The notes: generated by a model from the letters alone, not told the origin. Numbered from the stretch's first letter, positions 46,926 through 56,694 are shown. The stretch is 64,000 nt of DNA from an uncultured Candidatus Bathyarchaeia archaeon (GCA_964623205.1 CAZUQX010000010.1:5152-69151); one strand, 5' to 3'. Program-made: numbers and translations.

Positions 46926-47557
46926 TGCTAATAACGAAGGGTGCTGAAGCCAGCTTATTCTTGGAGGATTGGCACAACCGTAAAGTCATAATGAAGCGGC
47001 GATTACCCAAGAAGTATCGCCTCCCAGAACTGGACCTGGAGATTCGTTCTCAACGGACAGTGCATGAGCCAAACATCATCCACAAAGCTAAGGAAGCGGG
47101 GGTTCCTACGCCCACAATCTTCATGGTTGACGTGGCAGACGCCAACATCATCATGGAGTTTGTGGAGGGAAAACAGATTAAAGAAATATTAGACCACGTT
47201 TCCATGGAAGAAAGACTAAGTTTGAGTGATCTTATTGGTGGAATGATTGGGCGCCTCCACAAGCACGGAATCATCCACGGCGACCTCACAACATCGAATA
47301 TGATTCTGACGCCTTACGGCAAGGTTGTTTTCGTTGACTTCGGATTAAGCGAAAGGTCCAAAGAGCTGGAATCTAAGGGTGTTGACCTTCATCTCATGAA
47401 GAGGGCTCTCCAGAGCACCCACTACAAATTTGCAAAGGAGTGTTTTGAAGCTGTCATGAAAGGATACACACAAGTGGTGGGAAAAGAAGAGACAAAAAAG
47501 GTTACAGAAAAGATACGACAGATAGAGAAGAGAGGACGCTACGTTTCAGAGAGATAA
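46925..47557 (+). CDS. bud32: KEOPS kinase/ATPase Bud32
   Basis: It has GAEA, a lysine in VIMKRR, and HGDLTTSNM...DFGLS. Its GTG start overlaps the kae1 TAG (TAGTG), so the two are separate genes rather than a fusion. Confidence 0.85.
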   Translation: MLITKGAEASLFLEDWHNRKVIMKRRLPKKYRLPELDLEIRSQRTVHEPNIIHKAKEAGVPTPTIFMVDVADANIIMEFVEGKQIKEILDHVSMEERLSLSDLIGGMIGRLHKHGIIHGDLTTSNMILTPYGKVVFVDFGLSERSKELESKGVDLHLMKRALQSTHYKFAKECFEAVMKGYTQVVGKEETKKVTEKIRQIEKRGRYVSER

Positions 47558-47577
47558 AAAGTTGTTTTTTCATAGGC

Positions 47578-48945
47578 TTATGGGCGAAACGCTCGCTTTT
47601 TGATTATTATCGCCAATAATGTAGCCGTCAATAATAGTGGCAGAAGCATCCATGTTGGAAACTCTGAAATTACTGCTGTTTCTACTTGTTTCATCAAAGG
47701 ATAGTTGTCTTGGTTGTTCTCGTCTATGACGTATGGTGTGTCTCCTATACCGTCACCATTCGCGTCTCCGCCGCTGTAGTCGCTCCAGTAGTTGCCGCCT
47801 GAAGGATAACCATCATCCCAACTGTTAATCGAAGAAGAATACTCTGGATGGTCCCATGAATAATCATAGACTTGTTGTGTGTTATTTGTGAAGTGGTTAT
47901 GGTAAATGATGTTGCTAGCCGAAAGGTAGAGTTTGACGCCTAGGTTATTGTTTGTTACGTTGTTTCCAGAGATAGTGTTATTAGACGACAGGTAGTAAAA
48001 GCGTGTTCCGTTCTCATACGATACGATAACACCGTTGCTGGCGAAACCATAGCTGTTATTTGTTATCGTGTTTCCTGTAACAATATTATTGTTAGATGAC
48101 CAGTAAAGGTTGACACCATAGCTGTTGTTTATGATGTTATTTTCAGAAACAACATTGAAAGCCGACGAGTGGATGAAGACACTGTAGCCATTGTTTGTCA
48201 TATTGTTTTGATAAATGGTGTTATTGAGCGACTTGAAGAGATAGAGGCCTGTGTAGGGGTTGTTTGTTATGTTGTTTCCACAGATAGTGTTAAAAGACGA
48301 CTCGTCTATGTGGACGCCCGAGTGGTTGTTTGTTACGTTGTTTCCAGAAATAGTGTTGTTAGATGAAAGAAAGAGTTGGACACCTAAGGGCGTCCTTTCT
48401 CCTGCATAAAGGTGTTTTGTTATGTTGTTAGTAATAATAGTGTTGTTAGAGGAACTGCGAAGATAGACGCCCCAGCCGTTGTCTGTTATGTCGTTTCCAG
48501 AAATAGTATTGTTAGATGACCAGAAAAGGCCGATGCCGTTTGAGTTGTCCGATATGTTATTTTCAGAAATAACAATAAAAGATGACGAGTTGAGCTTGAT
48601 GTCCATTGAAAACCTTTTGATAAGCGCCCTCTTGATTGTCACATTGTTTACGCTATCCAAGTAAAATCCGTTTCCGATTCCCTGACCTTGAAGCGTGTAT
48701 CCGCTTCCATCCACTACGATGTCGTTTCTCTCGACCACAATCTCATCATAAATGTTATCAGTAAAGGTGTAAGTAACATTGTCGACACTCGAAATAGGTG
48801 TTGTTTCAGGCTCAACGCTTCCATCAGCTCTGATATATATTATGCTTTCTGCGTTCACTACCCCGATTTCTGGAAGAGAAACAAGCATAACAGAAAGAAT
48901 CAGTAATAAAGCAAATGTTGTGGCTTTCTTCAACTTATATAGCAC
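47578..48945 (-). CDS. Secreted right-handed beta-helix (PbH1/NosD-like) repeat protein with a C-terminal membrane anchor
   Basis: It has a signal peptide. It has more than 10 tandem ~22-aa repeats of the type SSNNTISGNN(V/I)TNN..G(V/I). The C-terminus reads SEFPTWMLLPLLLTATLLAIIIKKRAFRP. Confidence 0.75.
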   Translation of the reverse strand: MLYKLKKATTFALLLILSVMLVSLPEIGVVNAESIIYIRADGSVEPETTPISSVDNVTYTFTDNIYDEIVVERNDIVVDGSGYTLQGQGIGNGFYLDSVNNVTIKRALIKRFSMDIKLNSSSFIVISENNISDNSNGIGLFWSSNNTISGNDITDNGWGVYLRSSSNNTIITNNITKHLYAGERTPLGVQLFLSSNNTISGNNVTNNHSGVHIDESSFNTICGNNITNNPYTGLYLFKSLNNTIYQNNMTNNGYSVFIHSSAFNVVSENNIINNSYGVNLYWSSNNNIVTGNTITNNSYGFASNGVIVSYENGTRFYYLSSNNTISGNNVTNNNLGVKLYLSASNIIYHNHFTNNTQQVYDYSWDHPEYSSSINSWDDGYPSGGNYWSDYSGGDANGDGIGDTPYVIDENNQDNYPLMKQVETAVISEFPTWMLLPLLLTATLLAIIIKKRAFRP

Positions 48946-48986
48946 AACTTTTAATTGTATGTCTAATGAAACCTAAAAGTGTTTTT

Positions 48987-49036
48987 GTTAAGGTTTCTTG
49001 ATTTTACAAACGATTCCTTAGTCAAGATTTCTTAAC
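48987..49036. promoter_or_regulatory. Two operator-like boxes upstream of the beta-helix protein gene, related to those at 374-436
   Basis: The boxes are TTAGTCAAGATTTCTTAAC (49018-49036) and GTTAAGGTTTCTTGATTTTAC (48987-49007), whose reverse complement contains TCAAGAAACCTT. Confidence 0.4.
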
Positions 49037-49150
49037 AACCTATTGCTCAGCTTTCTAATCATTTGTGGAAGAAACAGTTGTTAGATGTGCATGGTTAGGT
49101 ATAAATCGTAAGTCTCTAAATATGTTGATAAGCTTACAAGATGAGGTGGT

Positions 49151-49438
49151 TTGTTGAAGCTTCTACTTGACGAGATGTACGCTGGCTTAAAAGAATATTT
49201 CGAGATTCTAGGATGGAAAGTAATAACCGTTCAAGATGCAGGAATACAAGGAGCCAAAGACAGAGATGTCGTAGAATACGCAGTAAACAACAACCTGCTG
49301 CTCGTAACTGAAGACCAGAAACCTGCAGAACTGGCGCATCTCAAGGGAGCCAAACACGTGCTTATCTCCAACGTAATGATTGCCAAGATAGCTGACGAAA
49401 AAATCAGGGAAAAATACCCCAACCTCAAACAGAAATAG
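49151..49438 (+). CDS. Mut7-C/DUF5615-like PIN-fold small protein
   Basis: LLLDEMYAGLKEYFEILGWKV...D.DVVEYAVNNNLLLVTEDQ fits the DUF5615/Mut7-C N-terminal pattern. It starts with TTG and has GAGGTGG upstream. Confidence 0.55.
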   Translation: MLKLLLDEMYAGLKEYFEILGWKVITVQDAGIQGAKDRDVVEYAVNNNLLLVTEDQKPAELAHLKGAKHVLISNVMIAKIADEKIREKYPNLKQK

Positions 49439-49484
49439 CATTAACACATGAAATTTACACAGATAACTGAAGGGACACAAAAAC

Positions 49485-50099
49485 ATGAACCCAAAAAACA
49501 AAGCTTCCCCGAACTATCCAAGAGCCAAAGTAGCTTATTTCGTAACAACCAACATCCACAAGTTCCAAGAAGCCCGTCGCGTCCTCTCAGAATACAAGAT
49601 TGCAACCGCCATGCTCAGAGTAGGAGCCATCGAAATTCAAGATGACAAAACCGAAAACATCGCAAAGGCAAGCGCCATAGATGCAGTGAAAAACTCTGGG
49701 CTCCCCATCTTCGTAGAGGACGCCGGCATCTTCATCAAATCCCTAAAAGGTTTCCCCGGACCCTACTCCAGCTACGTCTACCGAACCGTGGGAACAAAAG
49801 GCATCCTCAAATTAATGAAGAACATAAAAAACCGAGACGCCCACTTCCAAGCCGTAATCGCCTTCAGCAGCCCAGAAGAACAGCCAACCTGCTTCCACGG
49901 CAAAGTAAAAGGAAAAATCTCTCTAGAAGAGCGGGGAACTTCAGGTTTCGGCTACGACCCCATATTTGAACCATTAAAGGGCGAAGGCAGAACCTTTGCG
50001 GAGATGACAACAGAGGAAAAGAACCAGTTTTCCCATCGGGCTGAGGCTCTAAGAAAGTTCGCTGAATGGTATGCCTCTGGCGCTAAACGAAGATTTTAA
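49485..50099 (+). CDS. Non-canonical purine NTP pyrophosphatase (HAM1/RdgB family)
   Basis: It has FVTTN.HKF.EA, EDAG, FGYDPIF and SHRA motifs. Confidence 0.9.
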   Translation: MNPKNKASPNYPRAKVAYFVTTNIHKFQEARRVLSEYKIATAMLRVGAIEIQDDKTENIAKASAIDAVKNSGLPIFVEDAGIFIKSLKGFPGPYSSYVYRTVGTKGILKLMKNIKNRDAHFQAVIAFSSPEEQPTCFHGKVKGKISLEERGTSGFGYDPIFEPLKGEGRTFAEMTTEEKNQFSHRAEALRKFAEWYASGAKRRF

Positions 50100-50144
50100 A
50101 TAGCCGCATTCCTTCCGCCTTTAAGGAGTTTCGGAGTAGAAAAT

Positions 50145-50585
50145 ATGCCTAAGAAAGAAAAGGGAATATCCCATCAAACAAGACCAGTCACCAAGAGACC
50201 GCCAGCATGGTGCAGATACACGGCTGAGGAAGTGGAAGCCACAGTCATGAAACTGGCTAAAGAAGGGCATCCTCCCAGTAAGATAGGAACAATTCTTCGC
50301 GACCAGCATGGTATCCCCTTGGCGAAGCCTATCACCGGAAAATCCGTTACTCAAATTCTTAAAGAGAGGAACGTGGCTTCGTCTCTTCCCGAAGATTTAG
50401 AAAACCTTTTGCGAAAAGCTACACGCCTTCATGTTCACTTCGACAAAAACAAGGCAGATTTACATAACAAAAGGGCTCTACAGATTGTAGAGGCAAAAAT
50501 TTACAAGCTCTCCAGATACTATAAACGAAAAGGCGTCCTTCCTCCAGACTGGAAATACCAACCAAAAGCAATCGCTCTCTTCTAG
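50145..50585 (+). CDS. rps15: 30S ribosomal protein S15 (eS13-type)
   Basis: It has N-terminal PAW..YT.EEVE..V.KLAKEG..PS.IG..LRD.HGIP and a C-terminal S15 fold. Confidence 0.9.
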   Translation: MPKKEKGISHQTRPVTKRPPAWCRYTAEEVEATVMKLAKEGHPPSKIGTILRDQHGIPLAKPITGKSVTQILKERNVASSLPEDLENLLRKATRLHVHFDKNKADLHNKRALQIVEAKIYKLSRYYKRKGVLPPDWKYQPKAIALF

Positions 50586-50600
50586 TTTCGGGGTTCACTT

Positions 50601-52055
50601 TTGACCGTAACGAAGAAACAGATTGCCGACCTCATGAAAGACGCGACCGAGGCGGCTAACCTTATTCAGGAACATATAAAAAAAGACGACGTTATTCACG
50701 TATCCTCTCACATAGACGCCGACGGTTTATCAGCAGCAGGAATTATAGGAAAATCACTATTCAGGGCAGGAGGAAAGTTTCGACTTCGCCTCGAAAGGTG
50801 GATGGACGAAAAAGTGGCTGACAGGATAGCCGCAGAGAAACCTCCCCTAACAATATTCACCGACATGGGAAGCGGCTACCTTGACCTCCTAGGAGAAAAA
50901 CTCTCTAAACGAGACGTAATCATCCTCGACCACCACCAACCCGTCGCAGAAATTCCTCCCAGCTTCGTCCAAGTTAACCCTCACACTCACAAAATAGATG
51001 GAACACGCGACATCAGCGGCGCAGGAGTAGCCTACTTCGCCGCCAAGGCACTGGACAAAGCCAACCTAGACCTAGCCTGCCTCGCTGTTGTGGGAGCCCT
51101 CGGAGACCTGCAAGATAAAAATGAGGAGCGAAAATTGGGAGGCGCCAACGAAACCATAGTGGAAGACGCGGTCAAGTCTGGTGTTCTAGAAGTAGAAACT
51201 GATCTCCTCTTTTTCGGAAGGGAGACGCGACCCATCCATCAAGCTCTTGCGCGCACCACGAATCCATTTATTCCGGGAATAAGCGGTGAAGAGGACAAGA
51301 GTCTTGCCTTCCTTGTAAATCTGGGAATAAAGCCTAAACGGGGAGAAAAGTGGCGGGCTTTAAGGGACCTTTCGGCGGAGGAGAAGAAAAAGCTTCTTTC
51401 AGCCATCGCTGACTATCTTGTGTCTAAGGGTTTAGCCGGAGACGCTGCCCTGAATCTGGTTGGACAGGTTTACACGCTCTCAAATGAGGAGCCTTGGACT
51501 CCTCTCCGTAGCGCTCGGGAATTCACTGTTATGCTTAATGCCACCGGACGCATGGATAAGGCTGGTCTCGGCGCAGCCATCTGTATGGGTGACCGAAAGA
51601 AATGTCTGGAAGAGGCAATGACGATAATGCAGGAATATCGGCAGACCATCACTAAATATCTCCGCTGGGTGACCGAGAAACCGGGACGGCTAGAAGAGCT
51701 GGAAAACATCTATGTTGTTCGAGGCGACGGCTTTATCGACGAAAAGGTCATCAGCCCAGTCTCAACAATCCTCTCAACATCTCTCTCCCAACTGGGAAAA
51801 CCTATCATTGCCTACTCCACCATCTCTGGGGAAGACATGGTTAAAGTCTCAGCCAGAGGGCTAGAGCCTTTAATAAAGAGGGGCTTGAACCTCGGCGAGA
51901 TTCTACAAGTTGCATCTGAGAAATATTCTGGCAGAGGAGGAGGACATGACGTGGCTGCTGGAGCCCAGATACCCATAAAAGATGTGGAACCTTTCATCAA
52001 GCTGGTGGACAAGCTGGTTAAGAAGCAGTTGAAGGGAACGCAGCTTGGAGGCTGA
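50601..52055 (+). CDS. DHH/DHHA1 phosphoesterase, archaeal RecJ/GAN (Cdc45-like)
   Basis: It has DHH motifs (SHIDADGLSA, ILDHH) and a DHHA1 GGGH motif (GRGGGHDVAAGA). Confidence 0.8.
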   Translation: MTVTKKQIADLMKDATEAANLIQEHIKKDDVIHVSSHIDADGLSAAGIIGKSLFRAGGKFRLRLERWMDEKVADRIAAEKPPLTIFTDMGSGYLDLLGEKLSKRDVIILDHHQPVAEIPPSFVQVNPHTHKIDGTRDISGAGVAYFAAKALDKANLDLACLAVVGALGDLQDKNEERKLGGANETIVEDAVKSGVLEVETDLLFFGRETRPIHQALARTTNPFIPGISGEEDKSLAFLVNLGIKPKRGEKWRALRDLSAEEKKKLLSAIADYLVSKGLAGDAALNLVGQVYTLSNEEPWTPLRSAREFTVMLNATGRMDKAGLGAAICMGDRKKCLEEAMTIMQEYRQTITKYLRWVTEKPGRLEELENIYVVRGDGFIDEKVISPVSTILSTSLSQLGKPIIAYSTISGEDMVKVSARGLEPLIKRGLNLGEILQVASEKYSGRGGGHDVAAGAQIPIKDVEPFIKLVDKLVKKQLKGTQLGG

Positions 52056-52317
52056 GATTCGCCTCTGCTACGGAAACGAGAGGGAGGCAGAAGCGGTGGC
52101 AAAGGCTGTTTCTCCAGACAACGTAGAGGTTCCGTCGGGCTTAACCGTAAAAACTGTCCGAAAAAGAGCTGAGGTTCTCACAAGGGTGGAGTGTCAAACA
52201 AGACTGCAGACCTTCATAGCTACTCTCGACGACCTTTTGTCCTGCGTCTCAGTGGCAGAGAAGTCTTTTACTGTTGCAAAGAAATTCAAAGCGCCCAAAA
52301 ACGCTCTGGAGCCTTAA
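52045..52317 (+). CDS. pcc1: KEOPS subunit Pcc1
   Basis: The ~90-aa product contains EAEAVAKAVSPDN...L.....L.....A.....LRA-type pattern (TFIATLDDLLSCVSVAEK). Confidence 0.65.
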   Translation: MEAEIRLCYGNEREAEAVAKAVSPDNVEVPSGLTVKTVRKRAEVLTRVECQTRLQTFIATLDDLLSCVSVAEKSFTVAKKFKAPKNALEP

Positions 52318-52400
52318 TGCTTTTGTTTTAAGCATAGGTGTAAAAGGTAAAGGTTAAAGGGTATGTTGGGTATATGCCGGATGTTAGTGGGTGAAAGTGT

Positions 52401-52784
52401 ATGAGTAGCGGTGAAGTCGAAAAGGAAGATCCCATCAAAATTCACAAAGAAGGAACAACCTTTGCTGATTTGGGGAAGTTTGAGGAGGCAGCAGAGAAGT
52501 ATTTACGGGCGTCTGAACTGTATGAAAAGGACAAGAACTTTTTCGATTCTTCTTATGCTCTGTTTAAGGCGGCAGAATGCAATTATCAGCTGAAGGATTA
52601 TGATAAGGCGAAGGAACGCTTTCTCAAGTCGGCAGAGCTAGCGTTTAAGATGGGTTATGACCGTTTCGGAGTCAGCGCTCTAGAGTATGCCCTTGACTGC
52701 TACAAAGCTATGGGCGAAGAAGATCAAACAGAGGAACTTGAACAGAAAATAAAAGACGTGAAAACCAAGCTCCAAAATTTCTAA
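52401..52784 (+). CDS. Hypothetical helical-repeat (TPR/SNAP-like) protein
   Basis: It has repeated A/Y/L-rich helical hairpins (AAEKYLRASELYEK..., ALFKAAECNYQLKDYDKAKERFLKSAELAF). Confidence 0.5.
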   Translation: MSSGEVEKEDPIKIHKEGTTFADLGKFEEAAEKYLRASELYEKDKNFFDSSYALFKAAECNYQLKDYDKAKERFLKSAELAFKMGYDRFGVSALEYALDCYKAMGEEDQTEELEQKIKDVKTKLQNF

Positions 52785-53032
52785 ATTCATTATTCTGTTG
52801 GTAAACTATTCTGCACTATTTTTTGCAAAAAGCTTCGAAATCATGGTTGCTATATTCAGTCATCAGCTTCACATCAACAACTATCCTTGATTTCGTTCAG
52901 CTTTTTCGTCTGGATACGCACACGGAACGGTTTCCGAGCCTTCGTATATCGGTTTTTGACATATGTCGCCTGTTAGAACTCCCTTTTTATAGCATAAAAT
53001 CCATTATCTCATATCTTAAGGAATTGGATAAC

Positions 53033-53287
53033 ATGGGCTTCAACTGGGCTTTCGGCAAAAAACGGAAAATGCGCAAGTTAATAGGGAATTATATCAGCTT
53101 TAGAGTCAAAGAAAAAAGAGCCTTTAATGAGCAACTAAAACGGCTTGATGCTCAGCTGCATGACAAAGAAATTGAACCAGACATCTATAAGCGGCTAAGA
53201 GAAGTTCTTGAGATCAAATATTTCCAGCAACAACACGAAGAATGGGCAAATATAAAAGACAAATTCTTTAATCCTCTCATTTCTTAA
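53033..53287 (+). CDS. Small hypothetical protein (84 aa)
   Basis: The ORF-track ORF 52823-53287 starts at a TTG and has an implausible N-terminal 70 aa. The internal ATG at 53033 gives a charged helical protein. Confidence 0.35.
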   Translation: MGFNWAFGKKRKMRKLIGNYISFRVKEKRAFNEQLKRLDAQLHDKEIEPDIYKRLREVLEIKYFQQQHEEWANIKDKFFNPLIS

Positions 53288-53428
53288 ACTAAAAAAGAGA
53301 AGCGCGCACGCTGTTTAGGTAATTTTTTTCGCATCAAGAGACATTCTATTTCGTTTATCTAGGACCTCAGCATCCTTTTTAAGAGACAAAACCCATAAAA
53401 CGTTGCTCAGACGTTTGAGGGCTGATTT

Positions 53429-54628
53429 ATGCCACAATATTCCAGTGTTTTCAAGGATGAAAGCAAACTTGACATCAACTATGTTCCACAACACCTACTC
53501 CACAGAAGACTACAACTTAATCTCCTGAACCAGTTTTTCCGTTTTGCAATTGAAAACCCTGGAAAAATGACCCAACGCGCCCTGATCATCGGAAAAATCG
53601 GCACCGGCAAAACAGTTCTCTCCCAACACTTCGGTTTAAAGTTAGTCAAGGAGGCAGAGGAACGTAACATCAACCTCGAATACGTCCATGTTAACTGCCG
53701 AGAATGCAAAGGCAGCCTCTTCATGATTCTTCAACGAATCATCATGAAGTTCATCCCCACTTTTCCTAGGCGTGGCTACTCGGCAGAGGAGCTGTTGCAG
53801 GCGCTTATGCAGGTTCTTGACGAGAAAGATGCCTACCTAATCTTGACTTTGGACGAGCTGGAAGCCCTTGTCCGCAGTGAAGGATCAGACCCTATCTACA
53901 ACCTCTCCCGCATCCAAGAAGACCGACTCAATGCGCCCAAAAGGCTCTCTCTCATCTGTATCCTCCGCCAACCCGAATACTTGGACAAACTGGACCCGAG
54001 TACAAGGAGTACTCTTCAGCGCAATATAATTCGGCTTGAGGAATACTCGGAGTCACAGCTAGAAGACATTCTCGTCGACCGGGTGAACCTTGCCTTTAGA
54101 GAGGGAACCGTCTCAACCCAAACAATGAGTCTAATCGCTGAGTTGGGCTATTCGGAAGGAGGAAACGCCCGTTACGCCATCGAGCTTCTGTGGCGAGCAG
54201 GAAAGTATGCTGACGCTTCGGAGATGCGGGAGGTTTCGCCTGAATGTGTTCGGAGGGCGGTTGTCAGCGTCTACCCAGTTGTACGGAGGGATATGATTCC
54301 CTCTTTCAGCCTTCACGAAAAGTTGTTTCTTTTGGGGATCGCGCGGCATTTCAAGCACACCGATTTGGCTTACATGTCTATGGGAGAGGCGGAGGAGGCT
54401 TATGCTCTAGTCTGCGAAGAATATGGTGAAAAGCAGCGGGGTCACACTCAACTTTGGAAGTATGTTAAGGGGATTTCTGCATCCGGAATAATTGAAACAA
54501 TGGTTTCTGGAGTTGGCCAGCGGGGGAAGACCACCCTCATCAGCCTGTCTAGGGTTCCAGCCTCTGATCTGGAGCAGGAGCTTGTCAAAACTCTTATGCA
54601 TAAGGAGGGTGAGGCTCGTTGGCAATAG
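53429..54628 (+). CDS. cdc6: Orc1/Cdc6 replication initiator
   Basis: It has L...YVP..LLHR, Walker A (GKIGTGKT), Walker B (LDELE), a sensor region and a C-terminal winged helix. Confidence 0.9.
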   Translation: MPQYSSVFKDESKLDINYVPQHLLHRRLQLNLLNQFFRFAIENPGKMTQRALIIGKIGTGKTVLSQHFGLKLVKEAEERNINLEYVHVNCRECKGSLFMILQRIIMKFIPTFPRRGYSAEELLQALMQVLDEKDAYLILTLDELEALVRSEGSDPIYNLSRIQEDRLNAPKRLSLICILRQPEYLDKLDPSTRSTLQRNIIRLEEYSESQLEDILVDRVNLAFREGTVSTQTMSLIAELGYSEGGNARYAIELLWRAGKYADASEMREVSPECVRRAVVSVYPVVRRDMIPSFSLHEKLFLLGIARHFKHTDLAYMSMGEAEEAYALVCEEYGEKQRGHTQLWKYVKGISASGIIETMVSGVGQRGKTTLISLSRVPASDLEQELVKTLMHKEGEARWQ

Positions 54629-54885
54629 AGGAAGTTTTCTCGTCTAAAGGGAGGGTAAAGATTCTCAGAATTTTATCGGAGATCGGGGAGCTGAACATCT
54701 CAGAGATTGCTAGGCGAGCGGGATTAAACTACACCACTACAAACCAGCACTTGCAAGTATTGGAGAACCACAAGCTTGTACGCCATAAGACGTTTGGGAG
54801 AATCCGCATCTTTCGTTTTGATGCGGAAAATCCTAGGGCAAGAATGATCAAAAAACTCATGGAATTCTGGGAACAAACAAAATAA
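54619..54885 (+). CDS. ArsR-type winged-helix transcriptional regulator
   Basis: It has RVKILRILSEIGELNISEIARRAGLNYTTTNQHLQVLENHKLV. It starts with TTG and overlaps the cdc6 end. Confidence 0.7.
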   Translation: MAIEEVFSSKGRVKILRILSEIGELNISEIARRAGLNYTTTNQHLQVLENHKLVRHKTFGRIRIFRFDAENPRARMIKKLMEFWEQTK

Positions 54886-54911
54886 GCCAAGATCAAATAA
54901 TGGATAATTAG

Positions 54912-55364
54912 GTGAAGTTTATGTCGATGGTTGATGTTACCTCGAAACCAGAGGTTTATCGGGAAGCCAAGGCGAAGGGAGCTATCAAGCTGAAGGCTGA
55001 GACTATAAGGCTGATCAGAGAGGGAAAAGTTGAGAAGGGTGACCCCTTTCAAGTGGCAAAGGTCGCCGGAATCTTGGCGGCGAAGAACACAAGCTCTCTG
55101 ATTCCCCTCTGTCACCCCTTACCTTTAACTGGCGTAGAAGTTGAAGTACACATCATTGATGACTCTAAGGTGGAAGTTGAAACAACAGTTAAGACTAGAG
55201 CCCAGACAGGAGTGGAGATGGAGGCTCTCGTCGCAGCGGCAACAGCACTGTTAACGGTTTGGGATATGACCAAGCAGTATGAAAAGGATGCAAATGGGCA
55301 GTATCCCCACACCAGCATCCAAGAATTACGTGTGGTCAGCAAGGTGAAGGAGAGACGAGTGTGA
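54912..55364 (+). CDS. moaC: Cyclic pyranopterin monophosphate synthase MoaC
   Basis: It has MVDVT.K, IPLCHPLPL and GVEMEAL motifs. Confidence 0.9.
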   Translation: MKFMSMVDVTSKPEVYREAKAKGAIKLKAETIRLIREGKVEKGDPFQVAKVAGILAAKNTSSLIPLCHPLPLTGVEVEVHIIDDSKVEVETTVKTRAQTGVEMEALVAAATALLTVWDMTKQYEKDANGQYPHTSIQELRVVSKVKERRV

Positions 55365-55894
55365 GCGAGACCGCACGCAAACACAAGAGTGAAGCACCTA
55401 AAAAGCTCAACTTTACAGTTATAGTCTCCAGTTCATCTCGGTATCAGAAACTCAAGGCTAGAAAACCTTTCAGCGATCCCTCAGGAGACTTGATTGTTGA
55501 ACTTTTACAGAAGGCTGGTCACAGCATCGCTTCAAGAGACATTTTGCCTGACGATCGCGTTTTAATCGGAAAAAATGTAGGCAACGCCATAGGATCAGAA
55601 GAGGTGGATGCTATAATAGTGTGCGGTGGAACTGGAGTCAGCCTGAAGGACGTGACAATTGAGACAGTTAGACCTCTGCTGATTAAGACATTGCCTGGAT
55701 TTGGAGAGTTGTTCAGGAAACTGAGCTTCGACCAGATCGGTTCAGCAGCCATCATGACTCGAGCCTTAGCTGGAGTCACAGATCAGGGAAAAGCAGTCTT
55801 CTGCATCCCCGGCTCCCCACAAGCAGTCGAACTTGTCATGGAAAAGCTCATCCTGCCCGAAACAGGCCACATACTGAAACACGCCCGCGAATAG
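55361..55894 (+). CDS. moaB: Molybdenum cofactor biosynthesis protein MoaB/MogA family
   Basis: It has GGTG (VCGGTGVS) and PG.P motifs and a 4-nt overlap with moaC. Confidence 0.85.
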   Translation: MSETARKHKSEAPKKLNFTVIVSSSSRYQKLKARKPFSDPSGDLIVELLQKAGHSIASRDILPDDRVLIGKNVGNAIGSEEVDAIIVCGGTGVSLKDVTIETVRPLLIKTLPGFGELFRKLSFDQIGSAAIMTRALAGVTDQGKAVFCIPGSPQAVELVMEKLILPETGHILKHARE

Positions 55895-55959
55895 CCGCCC
55901 AAGTTTTTGGGGTTAACCTTCAAAAAATACTGGGCAACCTTGTAGGGGCACGTTGTTAC

Positions 55960-56694
55960 TTAGCTTATGTATCGCGGTTCTTTTTGTTTGCCCACTTCGG
56001 GAGTTCTGCGTTCCAGGATTTTCTCTATTTTTTGCTCCATCTCTTCAGCTTGGCGTTCCAGCTCAGATAGGTCTATCTTGGCCTTCAGAATCTTGGTTAG
56101 CGTGCTGAGGACGGTTTGAACTGATCTGGGTTGTGGGACATCTAGGTATCTTATCTCACAAAGGAGACATATGCCGTCAATCCCCCTCTGTTGGGCGATG
56201 CCGATTAGGAGACCGTTGAGCCCAGTGATCCTTCCGTCCCCACTGACTAACTTAACCCCATTTTCCTTCAAAAAGTCTCTGAGCTCAGGCTTGTTCACCA
56301 CCCCAAAGACCCGTGGCTCCACATCGCGAGGATTTGGAACCGCTGCAATAGTGTAGACCCTTTTGACGCCAAACTCGTCAGCGACATCCAAAACTTGGTT
56401 AGCCAGCTGGTGTATGGCACTTAGCGATTGGGGCTGAATCTCCCCGCTACAAATTATCAGGTCGCCTTGTTCTCCATGCCAATAGTGAAAATGCTGTCTG
56501 TATTGGCTGAGTTTTCCCACGCCATCCTTGAAGTAGATGTCATTGCTTGGGCTGCGGATTTCAGCAAACTGTTTTGCGTCTAACTGTTGGATTAGATAGT
56601 CAGCTGACATCCTAGCTAGCATCGCCATGCCAGGCCAAGAAGCAATTAAGGTTGGGTTCCTAAGTGAGGGCTTTTCCTTGAAGTATACTTCCAT
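55960..56694 (-). CDS. PAC2-family proteasome assembly chaperone (COG1938)
   Basis: It has LIASWPGMAMLA near the N-terminus, is ~240 aa long and has a C-terminal coiled tail. Confidence 0.7.
   Translation of the reverse strand: MEVYFKEKPSLRNPTLIASWPGMAMLARMSADYLIQQLDAKQFAEIRSPSNDIYFKDGVGKLSQYRQHFHYWHGEQGDLIICSGEIQPQSLSAIHQLANQVLDVADEFGVKRVYTIAAVPNPRDVEPRVFGVVNKPELRDFLKENGVKLVSGDGRITGLNGLLIGIAQQRGIDGICLLCEIRYLDVPQPRSVQTVLSTLTKILKAKIDLSELERQAEEMEQKIEKILERRTPEVGKQKEPRYIS

Noticed and set aside
53288-53428. Replication origin (ORB or mini-ORB repeats) upstream of orc1/cdc6
   Set aside because: I could find no repeated ORB-like element or flanking AT-rich unwinding element in the 140-bp spacer or in 52785-53030. 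The single TTCCAGTG-like string lies inside the cdc6 coding region and is not repeated.
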